Source: Octopus bimaculoides (taxonomy: Eukaryota). From it: a stretch of 64,000 nt of DNA. The first letter of the stretch is position 1; each line of letters opens with the position of its first letter. Below are positions 63,197 through 64,000 of the stretch, one piece after another. The DNA lies in NCBI RefSeq assembly GCF_001194135.2, contig NC_068989.1, positions 57,879,840-57,943,839 of the forward strand, given 5' to 3'. The notes below the pieces were generated by a model. That model was not told where the DNA came from. It ran no database searches and was given only the letters and a program-made list of their open reading frames with translations. The translations under genes were made by a program, and so were the position numbers.

Positions 63197-63436
63197 ACAA
63201 ACATACATATCTATTTATATATATTAGACATATACAAATCATCATCATTTTAATGTTCATTTTTCCACACTCACATAAATCAGACAGAATTCATTGAGGC
63301 AGATTTTCTTTAGCTGGATGCCCTTCCTGTTGCCAATACTTGCCTGTCTCCACATAAAGTAATATTGACCAGACAATTTCCATGGAAGACTGGAAATGAA
63401 GGACACCACTTGTATGACAATGCTCCGCACACACAA

Positions 63437-63480
<44 letters not shown>

Positions 63481-63753
63481 AATGACCTTTCTGTAACTTT
63501 TCCATCAAATCCTCTCGCAAAGTTTTGGTCAGTCTGGAGCTATAGTAGAAGACACTTGCCAAAGTCACACACAGTGGGACTGAATCGAAAACCATGTAGA
63601 TAAGCAAACTTCTTAACCATAAAGTCATGTTTGTGTCTACATATGTCCAACCCATGCCAGCATGGAAAATGAACATTAAAGGATGATGAATATATATGGG
63701 TGTGGATGAATCCAGAGTCAATGGCCATCCAATTATATATATATATATATATA

Positions 63754-64000
63754 CTAGCAGAGATACCCGGCGTTGCCCGTGTTACATGCAATTGAAAAAT
63801 AAGACTTTTCTGTTATATTTTCTGTAAGGAACTGGAATACATATGATTCGAATTTCATCAAAATTGCACATGAGGGTTCTTTCCGTCTTTACACACCCTA
63901 AAAAAATTCTAATCATGAGACATGTATCCCATACTATTGATCTTTATGCGCATATTCCAAAATTTCAGTCTTCTGGAACCTGTAAAAAAGATTTTGCTCC
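63754..64000 (-). mobile_element. Helitron-like element 3' end (continues beyond the window)
   Basis: Minus strand ends ...cgggcaacgccgggtatctctgCTAG|T: GC-rich hairpin-like motif, then CTAG before T. Confidence 0.65.

Noticed and set aside
55570-64000. PDCD6 exon 1 or a third exon-2 copy upstream of 2a
   Set aside because: A by-eye scan found no ...FQR-type phase-2 donor exon, no further SNG|gt exon and no CpG island. Exon 1 probably lies beyond the window. The two N gaps cannot be examined but are TE-flanked.

Overview
AT-rich, CpG-depleted, repeat-dense eukaryotic DNA. The repeat landscape (tRNA-derived SINEs with (GAT)n/(ATT)n tails, RTE LINEs, mariners, long microsatellites) suggests an octopus or other coleoid cephalopod draft assembly; this is an inference. 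There are two N gaps. The one clear host gene is PDCD6/ALG-2 (penta-EF-hand Ca2+ sensor) on the minus strand. Coding exons 2-6 lie at 55508-55569, 31628-31672, 30449-30607, 29839-29948 and 27042-27143; exon 1 was not found and is probably beyond 64000. The main discovery is a second, intact, diverged copy of the 62-bp EF1-encoding exon 2 at 42466-42527 (RIDTNRSGDITGFELQRALSNG), inside the 24-kb intron 2 and missed by the ORF track. Its length, phases and splice sites fit a mutually exclusive exon pair that swaps the EF1 Ca2+-binding loop. The same intron holds a 445-bp palindrome of head-to-head tRNA-like/Penelope-hammerhead-like arms, a TGTGA-N6-TCACA repeat array and a double AP-1 palindrome. 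The rest is mostly decayed TEs: RTE LINEs with a PHD finger inside ORF2, BovB-, CR1- and Vingi-like fragments, a deleted Gypsy with both LTRs, Tc1/mariners, hAT and piggyBac-like MITEs, and a Helitron end. A CpG-retaining island at about 8.4-9.5 kb may mark the promoter of a second gene. All coordinates and counts were read by eye; TE boundaries are approximate.
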